Positions 48,262-56,967 of a stretch of DNA of 64,000 nucleotides are shown here, one piece after another (positions within the stretch are counted from its first letter, which is position 1; every line of letters begins with the position of its first letter). The stretch is from an uncultured virus (IMG/VR IMGVR_UViG_3300028498_000018) (lineage: Duplodnaviria; Heunggongvirae; Uroviricota; Caudoviricetes). The notes beneath the pieces were generated by a model. It was not told the DNA's origin and made no database searches. It was given only the letters and a program-made list of their open reading frames with translations. Location: the IMG/VR virus record IMGVR_UViG_3300028498_000018, one strand, 5' to 3'. Both the position numbers and the translations under genes were made by a program.

Positions 48262-48551
48262 ATCAAATCACTACCTGTTCTTGTGGACAAAGCGGCATCA
48301 GTAGCCGGATGAAACACCTCGTTGTAAAACGTATCGAGCAAAGCTGATTGCCCCGCAGAAAAAGCTGTGGAGCGGATGAACTGCTGGTCAGAGATGGTCA
48401 TCACCGACTTCGCGTTCAGGGTCTGCACAGCGTCCACTTGGGATCGAGTTTTGTTGATATATTCTTTTACGAGCGTCGCGAGTTTGGGGTCACCAGCAAT
48501 CGCTTTAACGAGAATCGCTAAAGTTTCTGCCCGTGACCGTTCATTACTCAT
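48258..48551 (-). CDS. small head-module protein
   Basis: ATGA-coupled to scaffold; ATG 5 nt after a -10 box. Confidence 0.65.
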   Translation of the reverse strand: MSNERSRAETLAILVKAIAGDPKLATLVKEYINKTRSQVDAVQTLNAKSVMTISDQQFIRSTAFSAGQSALLDTFYNEVFHPATDAALSTRTGSDLI

Positions 48552-48556
48552 GCGGC

Positions 48557-48586
48557 ATTATGGCTTTTACCCGCGTTATCGGTCAA
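48557..48586 (-). promoter_or_regulatory. putative late promoter for capsid operon, leaderless
   Basis: TTGACC-GATAACG-N11-CATAAT-5 nt-ATG. Confidence 0.7.
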
Positions 48587-48596
48587 CCCTACAGCC

Positions 48597-48621
48597 AAAA
48601 AAATACCCGCTTGTAGCGGGT
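48597..48621 (-). terminator. intrinsic terminator
   Basis: Minus strand ACCCGCT-aca-AGCGGGT-ATTTTTTT. Confidence 0.75.
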
Positions 48622-48650
48622 GAGGTTTGGGACCAACAGCAATTCTATCT

Positions 48651-48920
48651 TTATTTAATCTCGGTGCCACACAGCCAGTACCGTTCTCCGATAGTCAAAG
48701 CAACCGAGAGCGCGACGAGGAATCCGCCGAGGATCGTGGCCGGTACGCCTCCGAAGATTGCAGCGGCAACGCCGAACCCTGCGATCCCAACTCTGACTGC
48801 CATGCAGTATTTACAGGTGGAACCCCAGAGGAAATCCATGATCCTAACGAGCGGCGACTTGTCCGAAGCCACCACGGAAGCAAACCAGATGTTGGAGACA
48901 TAGCAGTACCAGTTTTTCAT
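48651..48920 (-). CDS. small membrane protein with CxxC motif
   Basis: STCKYCMAVR followed by two hydrophobic helices; ATGA-coupled to GNAT gene. Confidence 0.65.
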   Translation of the reverse strand: MKNWYCYVSNIWFASVVASDKSPLVRIMDFLWGSTCKYCMAVRVGIAGFGVAAAIFGGVPATILGGFLVALSVALTIGERYWLCGTEIK

Positions 48921-49414
48921 TGGGAGTCTTTCGTTGATTGGAGGACCTTGCTCTTGGTTTCCTCTATCTCCTCGGGAGAGAATTCTTTCTTGATAGAGTA
49001 TCGGGTGGAGGTTATCCCCACCTTACGGTACCCGATTTTTTCATAGAAAGACACTAGCGGGTTGTCCCGGTGAATGCTGCCGGTCATCGCTGCCAGCCCC
49101 ATATCGAGCATCAGCCCGCGAATGTAGAACCGGATTTCTTTAAACGTGCCCTCACCTCGGTGACCCTCTTCAATTTGGATCTCTGCGGTGAACATGGCGC
49201 TGGGGTCGTTGGGGTCTGCTTGGACGCTAACGAACCCAATCGTCTGCCCGCCGCCAGTCACAATCAAGTGTATATCGTATGCGGATGTGATGTCCATCCA
49301 CTGCGCTTCATCAAGGACTGGCTCACCCCACCGTTCGTAGTAGGGGGCCATGTTGTTGGTTGATAACTTGTAGCAGTATTGCTTGGCTTGTTCAGTAGCT
49401 TTAACTAATTTCAT
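48917..49414 (-). CDS. GNAT-family acetyltransferase
   Basis: EIQIEEGHRGEG, N-P..SFYEKIGY. Confidence 0.8.
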   Translation of the reverse strand: MKLVKATEQAKQYCYKLSTNNMAPYYERWGEPVLDEAQWMDITSAYDIHLIVTGGGQTIGFVSVQADPNDPSAMFTAEIQIEEGHRGEGTFKEIRFYIRGLMLDMGLAAMTGSIHRDNPLVSFYEKIGYRKVGITSTRYSIKKEFSPEEIEETKSKVLQSTKDSQ

Positions 49415-49450
49415 GCTTGGCCTTTGTGGTTGTGGTTCTGTTCTCAGTAA

Positions 49451-50158
49451 CTATAAGGGACCCGCTGTACACCGGGCAATTTTAAATGGTTCGCCGACAG
49501 CAGAAGGCCAATACCCGCTAGTGCCAAAAGCGATGTAGCCCCCGGTACCTACTGAGACGTTAGCTGGGTTTAGTGGGACGGGGCCATACAACGCGCCGTC
49601 CAGATAAATACGCACGGCCAAGCTCTCGAACTCAAGCCTAAGCGTGTGGAGCCCGGGCGCGGTTGGCTGAGGGTAACCGAGGAAGTTATACGTTGTCCCC
49701 ATCGCGTTAAACCCCATGCCAACGTTAATGCCCGCCCCGGCTACATAATGCGGTGTCCAAGCCACTACGACAAATTTATTGTCTCGGCGGCCGGCGGGGG
49801 GGACGGGGGCGGTAGCTATCCTTCCGGCTAAGTACACATACCGTTGCTCGTTCGGTACCGCCGCAGGGATTTCAACTTCTACCTCAACAAAGTAGCTCTC
49901 AGTCGGGATCTCAATGATCGGCGTAACTCTGGCGTCACTCGGGATTGGTGACAGGGCGAAGCCCGTACCAGACAGCTGAAGGTTCTGGCTACCATCAAAG
50001 GGGCGATATGCCGCCCCGGAATCGCTGATATGCCCGGCAATAATGTTAGTGCCCGCTGCGCCGTTAAATGTGTCTAGAAAATATGGAGGGGCTATGCAAC
50101 AACAGTTGGTGAAGACTCCGGGCGAAGGCTGCTGAACGGTGTGTACAAAATCAACCAT
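49451..50158 (-). CDS. ConA/lectin-like beta-sandwich virion protein, paralog 2
   Basis: MVDFVHTVQQPSPGVFTNCCC; YFLDTF, SDSGAAY, HTLRLEF, LDG, GGYIA shared with paralog 1. Confidence 0.65.
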   Translation of the reverse strand: MVDFVHTVQQPSPGVFTNCCCIAPPYFLDTFNGAAGTNIIAGHISDSGAAYRPFDGSQNLQLSGTGFALSPIPSDARVTPIIEIPTESYFVEVEVEIPAAVPNEQRYVYLAGRIATAPVPPAGRRDNKFVVVAWTPHYVAGAGINVGMGFNAMGTTYNFLGYPQPTAPGLHTLRLEFESLAVRIYLDGALYGPVPLNPANVSVGTGGYIAFGTSGYWPSAVGEPFKIARCTAGPL

Positions 50159-50280
50159 TATTTCTCCGCGTGGCTGCTGATCGATGTGGCCTGTTTAAGC
50201 CGCAGGGTAGGGGCCGTGTTGTTGGCTGGTAACTTGTAGCAGTGTTGCTTGCCTTGTTCAGTAGCTCTAACTATTTTCAT
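50158..50280 (-). pseudogene. truncated duplicate of the GNAT 5' end (40-aa mini-ORF)
   Basis: 50210-50300 matches 49344-49434 (91 nt, 7 mismatches); MKIVRATEQGKQHCYKL...*, TAATG-coupled to the next gene. Confidence 0.8.
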
Positions 50281-50301
50281 GCTTGGCCTTTGTGGTTGTG
50301 A

Positions 50302-51042
50302 TTAAGGGCTAAGAGGCCCCACTTCGAACCGAAGCACTCTAAACGGATCGCCGCTATTCCTTTCGGCAATCATGTCTCCTACTGCAAGTGCAACATACCC
50401 GCCTGAACCGGACGACACGTTTTCTGCTACGAGGGCTCGTACCCCGCCGTAAGCTATACCGTCCAGCTTAGTGGTCATGCTTAGCCCAATGAACTCTAGC
50501 CTAAGAGTATGTGTGCCTTCAGACACTACGCCTGGGGTTAGGTGGAACCGCCCATCTCCCTGTACGCCTCGGCCATATTCGCCGATGGTCAAGTTACCAG
50601 TGTATGAGTCAATATATGGGGTCCAGTATGCACTAGCATATCTATAGGAGCTATAACCATATATAGAAGTTGGAGTCGCTGTTCTTGCTACTAGAAGTAT
50701 ACTGCGCCGGTCTGTCGTTGGGAGAGCCCGAAACGGAATGTTAAAAGTGACCTCAACAAAATAATTTTCGCTTGGTATTTGGACTGCAGGGAATACGGTA
50801 TTGGCTGGGCCGGCTGTCGTAGGTTGGTAGGCATAACCCGCCCCAGACAGGAGTAGGTTCGTATTAGAAGCAGGATAGGTTTGAAAGTAAGCTGCCCCAG
50901 AGTCAGTGGGGCGGTTTATTACCAGTGTTTCTGAAGGCCCCTGGAACGTATCAAGGAAATACCCCGTAAACGGCGGCCCGCAGCAGCAGTTAGTGAAAAC
51001 TCCTGGTGAGGTCTGCTGAATAGTGTGGACGAAAGCCACCAC
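50302..51042 (-). CDS. ConA/lectin-like beta-sandwich virion protein, paralog 1
   Basis: MVAFVHTIQQTSPGVFTNCCC; motifs as in paralog 2. Confidence 0.65.
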   Translation of the reverse strand: MVAFVHTIQQTSPGVFTNCCCGPPFTGYFLDTFQGPSETLVINRPTDSGAAYFQTYPASNTNLLLSGAGYAYQPTTAGPANTVFPAVQIPSENYFVEVTFNIPFRALPTTDRRSILLVARTATPTSIYGYSSYRYASAYWTPYIDSYTGNLTIGEYGRGVQGDGRFHLTPGVVSEGTHTLRLEFIGLSMTTKLDGIAYGGVRALVAENVSSGSGGYVALAVGDMIAERNSGDPFRVLRFEVGPLSP

Positions 51043-51695
51043 TACAAGATGGCCCTAAACGTGTATTGAAGCACGTTGTTACAGTCCCTAAGCTCAATAG
51101 TCTGCAGAGCTTGCTTAACCATGCACCCGCTAGCGTCGATGCCGACAACGTACTGTGTGATCGTGCCGACCGGAATCGAAACCCCCATTGCACATGGGGT
51201 CGTGCCGCTAGTAGAACCAGCAGGTCCTACTGGGCCGGTAGGGCCAATAGCTCCAGCAGTCCCAGAAGGGCCAACAGGGCCAACGCCCCCTCCAGTAGAA
51301 CCACAAGGCAAGTCCTCGCCTAAGTATTTTTCCGACTGGAGCAGGACTGCTCCCGCTGCCGCGCTTGATTGAAACTCAAACCAGCCCGGGCCACACAAGG
51401 TGATCATGCGGTTAGTGTCTGTGATCGCCACTGACGCGCCGCACCGCAGATAGGCAGCGCGCAAGTTTGAGGCGCACTCCCCGCCGTCTACCGCATAGAC
51501 AGTGACCGATGCCCCCGATGGAACGGTGTACCCTACGATCCGCAGACACTCTGTGGCTTCCAGTCGGACGCGCTTTTTTGCGGGTGACGTTGAGCCCATG
51601 AAGGGCTCGTACCGGCTGCAGTCGAGCGGAGCGGTCGGAACACAACAAGTAGCTGACGGGAGGCTTACGAAGTTAGTGCGGGGGCGGTTTGACAT
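51042..51695 (-). CDS. Cys-rich collagen-linker protein (possible third fibre anchor)
   Basis: 11 Cys; GVGPVGPSGTAGAIGPTGPVGPAGS. Confidence 0.65.
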   Translation of the reverse strand: MSNRPRTNFVSLPSATCCVPTAPLDCSRYEPFMGSTSPAKKRVRLEATECLRIVGYTVPSGASVTVYAVDGGECASNLRAAYLRCGASVAITDTNRMITLCGPGWFEFQSSAAAGAVLLQSEKYLGEDLPCGSTGGGVGPVGPSGTAGAIGPTGPVGPAGSTSGTTPCAMGVSIPVGTITQYVVGIDASGCMVKQALQTIELRDCNNVLQYTFRAIL

Positions 51696-51718
51696 GGTTG
51701 TCTATCCTGCGGTTAAGG

Positions 51719-53749
51719 TCAAGCTGCCGGTAGACGGTTCTGGACGTCCACTGTAGCTGGCGGGATACTACGCCCGTCTAGAGGGGGGGCGGTCTCAACG
51801 TTTTGGTTGCTTCCGACCGCGTCTTGAATAGCCGTTTGTTCTTCGGGGTCCGAAAGGTTTGTGGTGTCCGCCCCTTTAGCTCTAAAGATGTCTTTAACCA
51901 GCTGGTTAATGAATCTCGGGTCGAGCCCTTGGCCGGTCTGCTGCATAGCCTGCATAATCGCGGGCAGGAACTGTAGGGTTTCGACCAGCCCTTGCGTCTG
52001 TGCGTCTCGAGTTGCCACGCTGGTAAGCCCTTTAAGGTCCACGCTCGCGTCAGACTTTATCGAGTCGTCTGGGTTGTACAGCATGTGGTACGTCCACAGC
52101 GCTTTGAACATTGGAAGGAAACAGCCCTTGTCCGCTGACATCGCCCTGTAGTTAATTAGTCTGGTGCTGTTCTGCTGGACAGTGGCGGCCACGCCGTTCG
52201 TTCGTACACCTGACGTGCCCTCAAGCGCTCCAGACATGAAGTCTTGGATGCCAGTGTCCTTCTCAGCGATCATGATGTAGTGGTCATGTACGGCCATCAA
52301 CTCAGCAGCTTTGCTTGGGATGGTCTGAAGCTGGATAGCATTGGGCGAGCCGCCGATCATGGGCACTTCGGTACGGTACAGCTTCCACGGCTGCAACGTC
52401 TGGGGGACGCTGCCGTCTGCAAACCTTGAACCGTCTACTTCTGCGATGATGCCAGCACTGAACTCGTTGCTTTTGACCATGTCGCGAGCTGTTTTACAAG
52501 CAGCGCGTTCGGCGTTCTGTACGGTATCGTACAGACTCTTGCCGTAAATTGTCCCCTTGATGGGTTCCCACGAGGCAGTGTAGAAGCCGCGGTCATCAAG
52601 CGGGTGAGCGTTTGGCACGATGTACACGATCTTCCGGTCGATCATCCACATCTGCACTTCGTACAGCTTGCGGTCCTCAACGGGCTTTGTCGTTGGGTTC
52701 GATACCGACGTGATCCCGTACTCTTTAAGCTTCTTGCCGCTGATCTTCTGGTAGCACTTGAGGGTGTCAAACGTACCCTGCGCGTGCTCGGACACGAAGA
52801 AAGATCGGCCCTGGGCCATCTTGACCTCGTTGTCGGTCGTGTGGAACGTCATCCAGTCGCCGACCCCCTCGTTGCCTTTGTCCAGGATTGACTGGATGTT
52901 GCGCTTGATAGGGCTTTCAGTGGTCGCCCGCTCGCTCAGTTCGAACAGAGCCTCGTAAGTGATACGGTCCTTGACAAACACGGCCCGACAGTTGTTGGGG
53001 GTACTGCCGTCTGACGTGGTCCAGAAGTCCAAAGGGCTGATGCTTTTAAAGGTCATCACCGCATCTTCGACCACTTTGACTTTAGTGCCGCTCCACTTGA
53101 GGCGCTTCTTGACCTCAACACAAGGGAACTGCATGATCGCTACGGGGAACGTAGCGAAGTCCATCCACCAAGAGAAATACTCTGACAAGTAGTTGCCCTC
53201 AACCATCGTGTCAAGCATCGACGAGCTCATCTTGTCGGTCGCCGCTTTTGCCTTCTTGTAGATGTAGTTGAAGACGTTAGCCTTCATCGTCGCTACGTTC
53301 TGACGAAGAAACTCGTTTGCTTGCTCAGGGGGCACGCCAGACTTGATCAGGTTGTCCACAACAAAGCTGATTGCCTGCTGCCTCAAGCTGTCCGGTACTT
53401 CTGGCACTGGGGTGGGGGAGATCGTAAACTGCTTCTCGCCCGCGGGTACAACCCGGTCGAAGTGCCACGCCAGAAAGATCGCTCGCAGCCGAGCAAAGAT
53501 GCCGAGGAAAATGTCGATAGAGCCCAGAGCCGCGCAGTGCTCGGGTAGGTACTTCATCTGGCCAGAGTAGAACGCCCTGCGCATCCGCAGGTCCACGCCG
53601 GAGTTAACCCGGTGGTCCCGCGCTTGAAGAAACAAGGTGTAGACGCTACTGCCTAACGGGCAGTTAGGCTGCTCCAGCTCCTTCTCTAGCTGGGCTGTCA
53701 GCCCGAAGGACCCAGCAGTGATCTTGGAGATGTTGAGTTCGTCAGCCAT
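51719..53749 (-). CDS. portal protein
   Basis: 676 aa directly after terminase; FTISPTPVP, ISPLDF, IYGKSL, RTNGVA. Confidence 0.85.
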   Translation of the reverse strand: MADELNISKITAGSFGLTAQLEKELEQPNCPLGSSVYTLFLQARDHRVNSGVDLRMRRAFYSGQMKYLPEHCAALGSIDIFLGIFARLRAIFLAWHFDRVVPAGEKQFTISPTPVPEVPDSLRQQAISFVVDNLIKSGVPPEQANEFLRQNVATMKANVFNYIYKKAKAATDKMSSSMLDTMVEGNYLSEYFSWWMDFATFPVAIMQFPCVEVKKRLKWSGTKVKVVEDAVMTFKSISPLDFWTTSDGSTPNNCRAVFVKDRITYEALFELSERATTESPIKRNIQSILDKGNEGVGDWMTFHTTDNEVKMAQGRSFFVSEHAQGTFDTLKCYQKISGKKLKEYGITSVSNPTTKPVEDRKLYEVQMWMIDRKIVYIVPNAHPLDDRGFYTASWEPIKGTIYGKSLYDTVQNAERAACKTARDMVKSNEFSAGIIAEVDGSRFADGSVPQTLQPWKLYRTEVPMIGGSPNAIQLQTIPSKAAELMAVHDHYIMIAEKDTGIQDFMSGALEGTSGVRTNGVAATVQQNSTRLINYRAMSADKGCFLPMFKALWTYHMLYNPDDSIKSDASVDLKGLTSVATRDAQTQGLVETLQFLPAIMQAMQQTGQGLDPRFINQLVKDIFRAKGADTTNLSDPEEQTAIQDAVGSNQNVETAPPLDGRSIPPATVDVQNRLPAA

Positions 53750-53756
53750 AAAAGGG

Positions 53757-53786
53757 ATAATACTAGATGTGTTGGTTAAAGGTCAA
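53757..53786 (-). promoter_or_regulatory. putative late promoter for portal, leaderless
   Basis: TTGACC-TTTAACC-N11-TATTAT-7 nt-ATG. Confidence 0.7.
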
Positions 53787-55378
53787 ACCAGAGGGCCGGT
53801 GCTAAAGTCCTCCCTCTGCTGGCGCACCGGGCCGCCGGCCTGGCGCATCTCGTTGTACTGCCGGTCAATCTCAGAAACGCCCGCGGCCGCCCACGTTACT
53901 AGGTACTGAGCTCCGTCCTGGACATGGGAGAACTCATTTTTCTCAGCGTCCGGCAGCATCTTGTAGTGTTCGGTGTTCTTGATCTTGTCCCGGTTGTAGC
54001 GGCCCCGAAACCCGCCGATCAGCCACGTACACTCCTTGGCCACCAGCAGTTGCCGGGTGATCAGGGCCTTCTTAACCGCCCCCTGCCGCTTGACCGGATC
54101 GTTGGTTGGCGCATACACCGTCTTGAACCCGCGCTTCATCAGCATCTTCCGCGTGGTGTTGCCGGTGCGGTCCAAGCCGTCGGCCGGGTCGAGTATGACG
54201 ATCAGGTCCTTCTTGTCGTACCCCTTGAGGTTGTTGAACGGGATGAACACGTCCTCGATGAAGTCCTCGACAATACACTCGCCGATGTAGAGCTCGTGCA
54301 GAAACACCATACCGTTGACCACAGACTGGCCGTAGACCATCGCGGGGTGGATACCTGAGTGGTCGAACCCAACCGATATGCGCCGGCCGGCCACAGCCAC
54401 CAGAGAGGTTTTAGCAATGTGATACTCGTCGGCCCATTCCGGGTATACGGGTTTACCCTCTTGGTTCGTGCCGTATTCACCGAACACGTCAACCTTCAGC
54501 TTGCCGCCAGTGCCGGGGCGTTGCAGCAAGTCACGCGCCTTGTTGACCCAGTAGTCGTAGCCAGACGGCTGCTTCTCAGCGTAGTCTGCCAGCGGGTTAG
54601 GCTCAACGTCAATGATCGTACCCTCTGCGTCGAGGATCGGTAGCACTGGGGGCGGGTAGGCGTAGAACTTCCACGCGTCGGGGCGCTGGCCCATCTCCAA
54701 CTTGTAGAGCCAGTGCAGGTCATCTGGTGGGTTGAAGTCCGAGTAGATCATCTTCTGGCCCATGTACGAGTTGGACGTCTTCGAGCCAAACTCATCGCGT
54801 GTCGCCAGAGGGTACCGGCCCAGTCGGTCGTCCACCTCGTCGACAATCCACGGCCCATCGTAATACTGGATCTCGTTGATGATCGCGCACGTCGCCTCAA
54901 ACGAACGCAGCTTCGAAGCATCCTCTCGAGAGGCCACACCCATGAACACCCACTCAATTAAGACAGTGCGCTCCACGCCGTCAACCTCGCCCACGAACGG
55001 CACGTCCTTGATCACGATCGGGTACAACATGGATGTCAGGTCATCAGTCACCGCGCTGAACCACATGCGAAACGACGCCAAGATTGTCGACTTCAGTTTC
55101 GTCTGGTCCTGCCGCACGACCAACACTCGCGCCCGTCCCGGCTTCCCCTTCTTGCTCATTGGGACCACACGCAGGCAGAACTCCGCCGCGCCAAAGATCG
55201 CAGTGACCGTCTTACCAGTACCCACTGATGAGCGCATGAGCTTCACCCGCGGCCCGTCATCGTCGAGAATCTTCCGTGAGAAATTGTCCTCGATATAGAT
55301 GACCTCTTCGTCTTTACCCTCTATCTCCTGCTCCTGCTCTTCAGGGTCGCTCTCGATATACAACTTATCATCAATCAT
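53783..55378 (-). CDS. terL: terminase large subunit
   Basis: SSVGTGKT, LRSFE...INE, DFNPP...HWLY, VGFD, LDPA, KNEFSHVQDGAQY; start at MIDDK preferred. Confidence 0.9.
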   Translation of the reverse strand: MIDDKLYIESDPEEQEQEIEGKDEEVIYIEDNFSRKILDDDGPRVKLMRSSVGTGKTVTAIFGAAEFCLRVVPMSKKGKPGRARVLVVRQDQTKLKSTILASFRMWFSAVTDDLTSMLYPIVIKDVPFVGEVDGVERTVLIEWVFMGVASREDASKLRSFEATCAIINEIQYYDGPWIVDEVDDRLGRYPLATRDEFGSKTSNSYMGQKMIYSDFNPPDDLHWLYKLEMGQRPDAWKFYAYPPPVLPILDAEGTIIDVEPNPLADYAEKQPSGYDYWVNKARDLLQRPGTGGKLKVDVFGEYGTNQEGKPVYPEWADEYHIAKTSLVAVAGRRISVGFDHSGIHPAMVYGQSVVNGMVFLHELYIGECIVEDFIEDVFIPFNNLKGYDKKDLIVILDPADGLDRTGNTTRKMLMKRGFKTVYAPTNDPVKRQGAVKKALITRQLLVAKECTWLIGGFRGRYNRDKIKNTEHYKMLPDAEKNEFSHVQDGAQYLVTWAAAGVSEIDRQYNEMRQAGGPVRQQREDFSTGPLV

Positions 55379-55559
55379 CGTGGGCCTGTATTTCATACTC
55401 AATAGGGGGCAGCATCTCAACGACTGCTGGCTCGGGCTTGGCCGCGTGGGCCGGAAGACCTCTGCGTCGCCGCTCGTCTTTCGCCATTGTCGCCCTGTCC
55501 TTGTAGAACCCACAGCGCTTGTGGGCTGCGGTCTCCTGCTCGCTCATGGGGTACAGCAT
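55371..55559 (-). CDS. hypothetical protein
   Basis: Overlap-coupled to both neighbours. Confidence 0.45.
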   Translation of the reverse strand: MLYPMSEQETAAHKRCGFYKDRATMAKDERRRRGLPAHAAKPEPAVVEMLPPIEYEIQAHDD

Positions 55560-56710
55560 CAGCCGCCTCGTTTCTGTTTGTACAGCTCAAGGGCTATGCG
55601 CCGCTTCTCCAGCCGGATCGTGGCCCGCTCCTCTTTAGTCAGTGGGGGCAAGATCGGTTTCGGCTCTTTTCTGGGCCGCTCGTCTGGCAGCGGTTTACTA
55701 AACGCTTTGGGCAAGGGCTTGATCGAGACCAGAGGCGGGGGAATAGGAGCAACTAGCTCGGGGCTTTCGACCTGCTCGCCCATGACAAAGCCTTCGTTCC
55801 GGCTGGCCCGGATCGCTTTCAACTCGGACGAGTCAACGGATACGCCTTTATGGACAGTCACGCCCGTGGCCGCTAACGGAATATTAACGCTGTCTGCGTG
55901 GGGGGTCACCGAAGGTTTGTTGTTCTTCCGCGTTGAGGCCCAGTGCTCCTCGCCTGTTGGCGTCTCATATGGAGCTGCGTCGCCCTCGTTGGTCGGCATC
56001 TCGATCTCGCCAATCTGGGGCACCAGCTCCAAGAGCTCTGTCAAGTCGTAGTCTGCCACGTAGCCTGGGATGTAGTCGAGCCGATCTCGCAGCACGTCCT
56101 CCAGCAGCCGTTGCGCCATCACCGGGAGAGCAGCGACTCGAACCTCTAACTCGATCGGGGTAACGCTCACGATGACCGGCACAGGCTCGTCGTCTATCTC
56201 CTCGTCAGAAAGCATTTCGATGAATGGCTCGCGCTGCGCCTCAGTGGTCTTTGGTCCTATGCGCCGAGCAACTTCTTCGTTGATCCTTTCCTGTGAGGAG
56301 GGCACTCGCCCGCCGATAACCTTTGGCCCCAGCGGGGTCTGCGCCGTTGGCGACTCACCCACTATCTGGCTGGCTCGGGTCTTAACCGCACGGATGTAGA
56401 TGCTCTTGGTGCCGGTTTTCTTCTTGCTTGAGGACTCCTCGCCGAACGACTTGGCCAGCTGGGTGCAGTTCTCCATGATCAGCTTGCAGGTGTTCAGGTG
56501 TGTTGGTATCCTGTACGCCTCGGACGAATACTTGCTCACCACGGCAATCAACCAGTCGTCGATGAGTCTGCCGCGCTGGTCGTCAGTCAGGCTCCTGATC
56601 GCTCCGATGATCTCGGACAATGGGTGCCCGTCAATCTCGGCCAGGATCGCGCCATCGCGCATCTCCATGAAGATGCGTTGGTTCTGCTCGTTGCTTGTAA
56701 GTTCGGCCAT
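55559..56710 (-). CDS. hypothetical protein; N-terminal part is a terminase small subunit candidate
   Basis: Upstream of terL; helical N-terminus, long acidic/Pro-rich tail. Confidence 0.5.
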   Translation of the reverse strand: MAELTSNEQNQRIFMEMRDGAILAEIDGHPLSEIIGAIRSLTDDQRGRLIDDWLIAVVSKYSSEAYRIPTHLNTCKLIMENCTQLAKSFGEESSSKKKTGTKSIYIRAVKTRASQIVGESPTAQTPLGPKVIGGRVPSSQERINEEVARRIGPKTTEAQREPFIEMLSDEEIDDEPVPVIVSVTPIELEVRVAALPVMAQRLLEDVLRDRLDYIPGYVADYDLTELLELVPQIGEIEMPTNEGDAAPYETPTGEEHWASTRKNNKPSVTPHADSVNIPLAATGVTVHKGVSVDSSELKAIRASRNEGFVMGEQVESPELVAPIPPPLVSIKPLPKAFSKPLPDERPRKEPKPILPPLTKEERATIRLEKRRIALELYKQKRGG

Positions 56711-56727
56711 GTTGGGAGTTTATAGTG

Positions 56728-56967
56728 TCACGGCTTTTTGTTGTGGAAGTCGCGCTCCCAGTTCTTGCGCCTCTCAATGATGCGCTGAAGAAGCTCGTAG
56801 TCTTCGCTAGTAGCAAACGTGGAGCTGGTGAACTTTACCTTTGGAAAAAAACCGCCGAAGAACGTGTACACCTGCCGCAGTTCGTAGAACGGAGAGTATC
56901 CTTTGAATGCCCGCTTCGTGATGCGCCATTCGTCGTTGTTAAAAACAATTTCTTCTAACTCAGTCAT
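56728..56967 (-). CDS. hypothetical protein
   Basis: ATGA-coupled. Confidence 0.55.
   Translation of the reverse strand: MTELEEIVFNNDEWRITKRAFKGYSPFYELRQVYTFFGGFFPKVKFTSSTFATSEDYELLQRIIERRKNWERDFHNKKP

Noticed and set aside
49344..50300. 91-nt repeat pair near adhesin genes as a DGR template/variable repeat
   Set aside because: Mismatches are not adenine-specific on one strand (A>G, T>C, G>C, A>T), the repeat covers a gene 5' end, and no reverse transcriptase is present
55379..55513. Terminase N-terminal extension to 55513
   Set aside because: Overlaps the coupled small ORF 55371..55559; MIDDK start fits operon packing better
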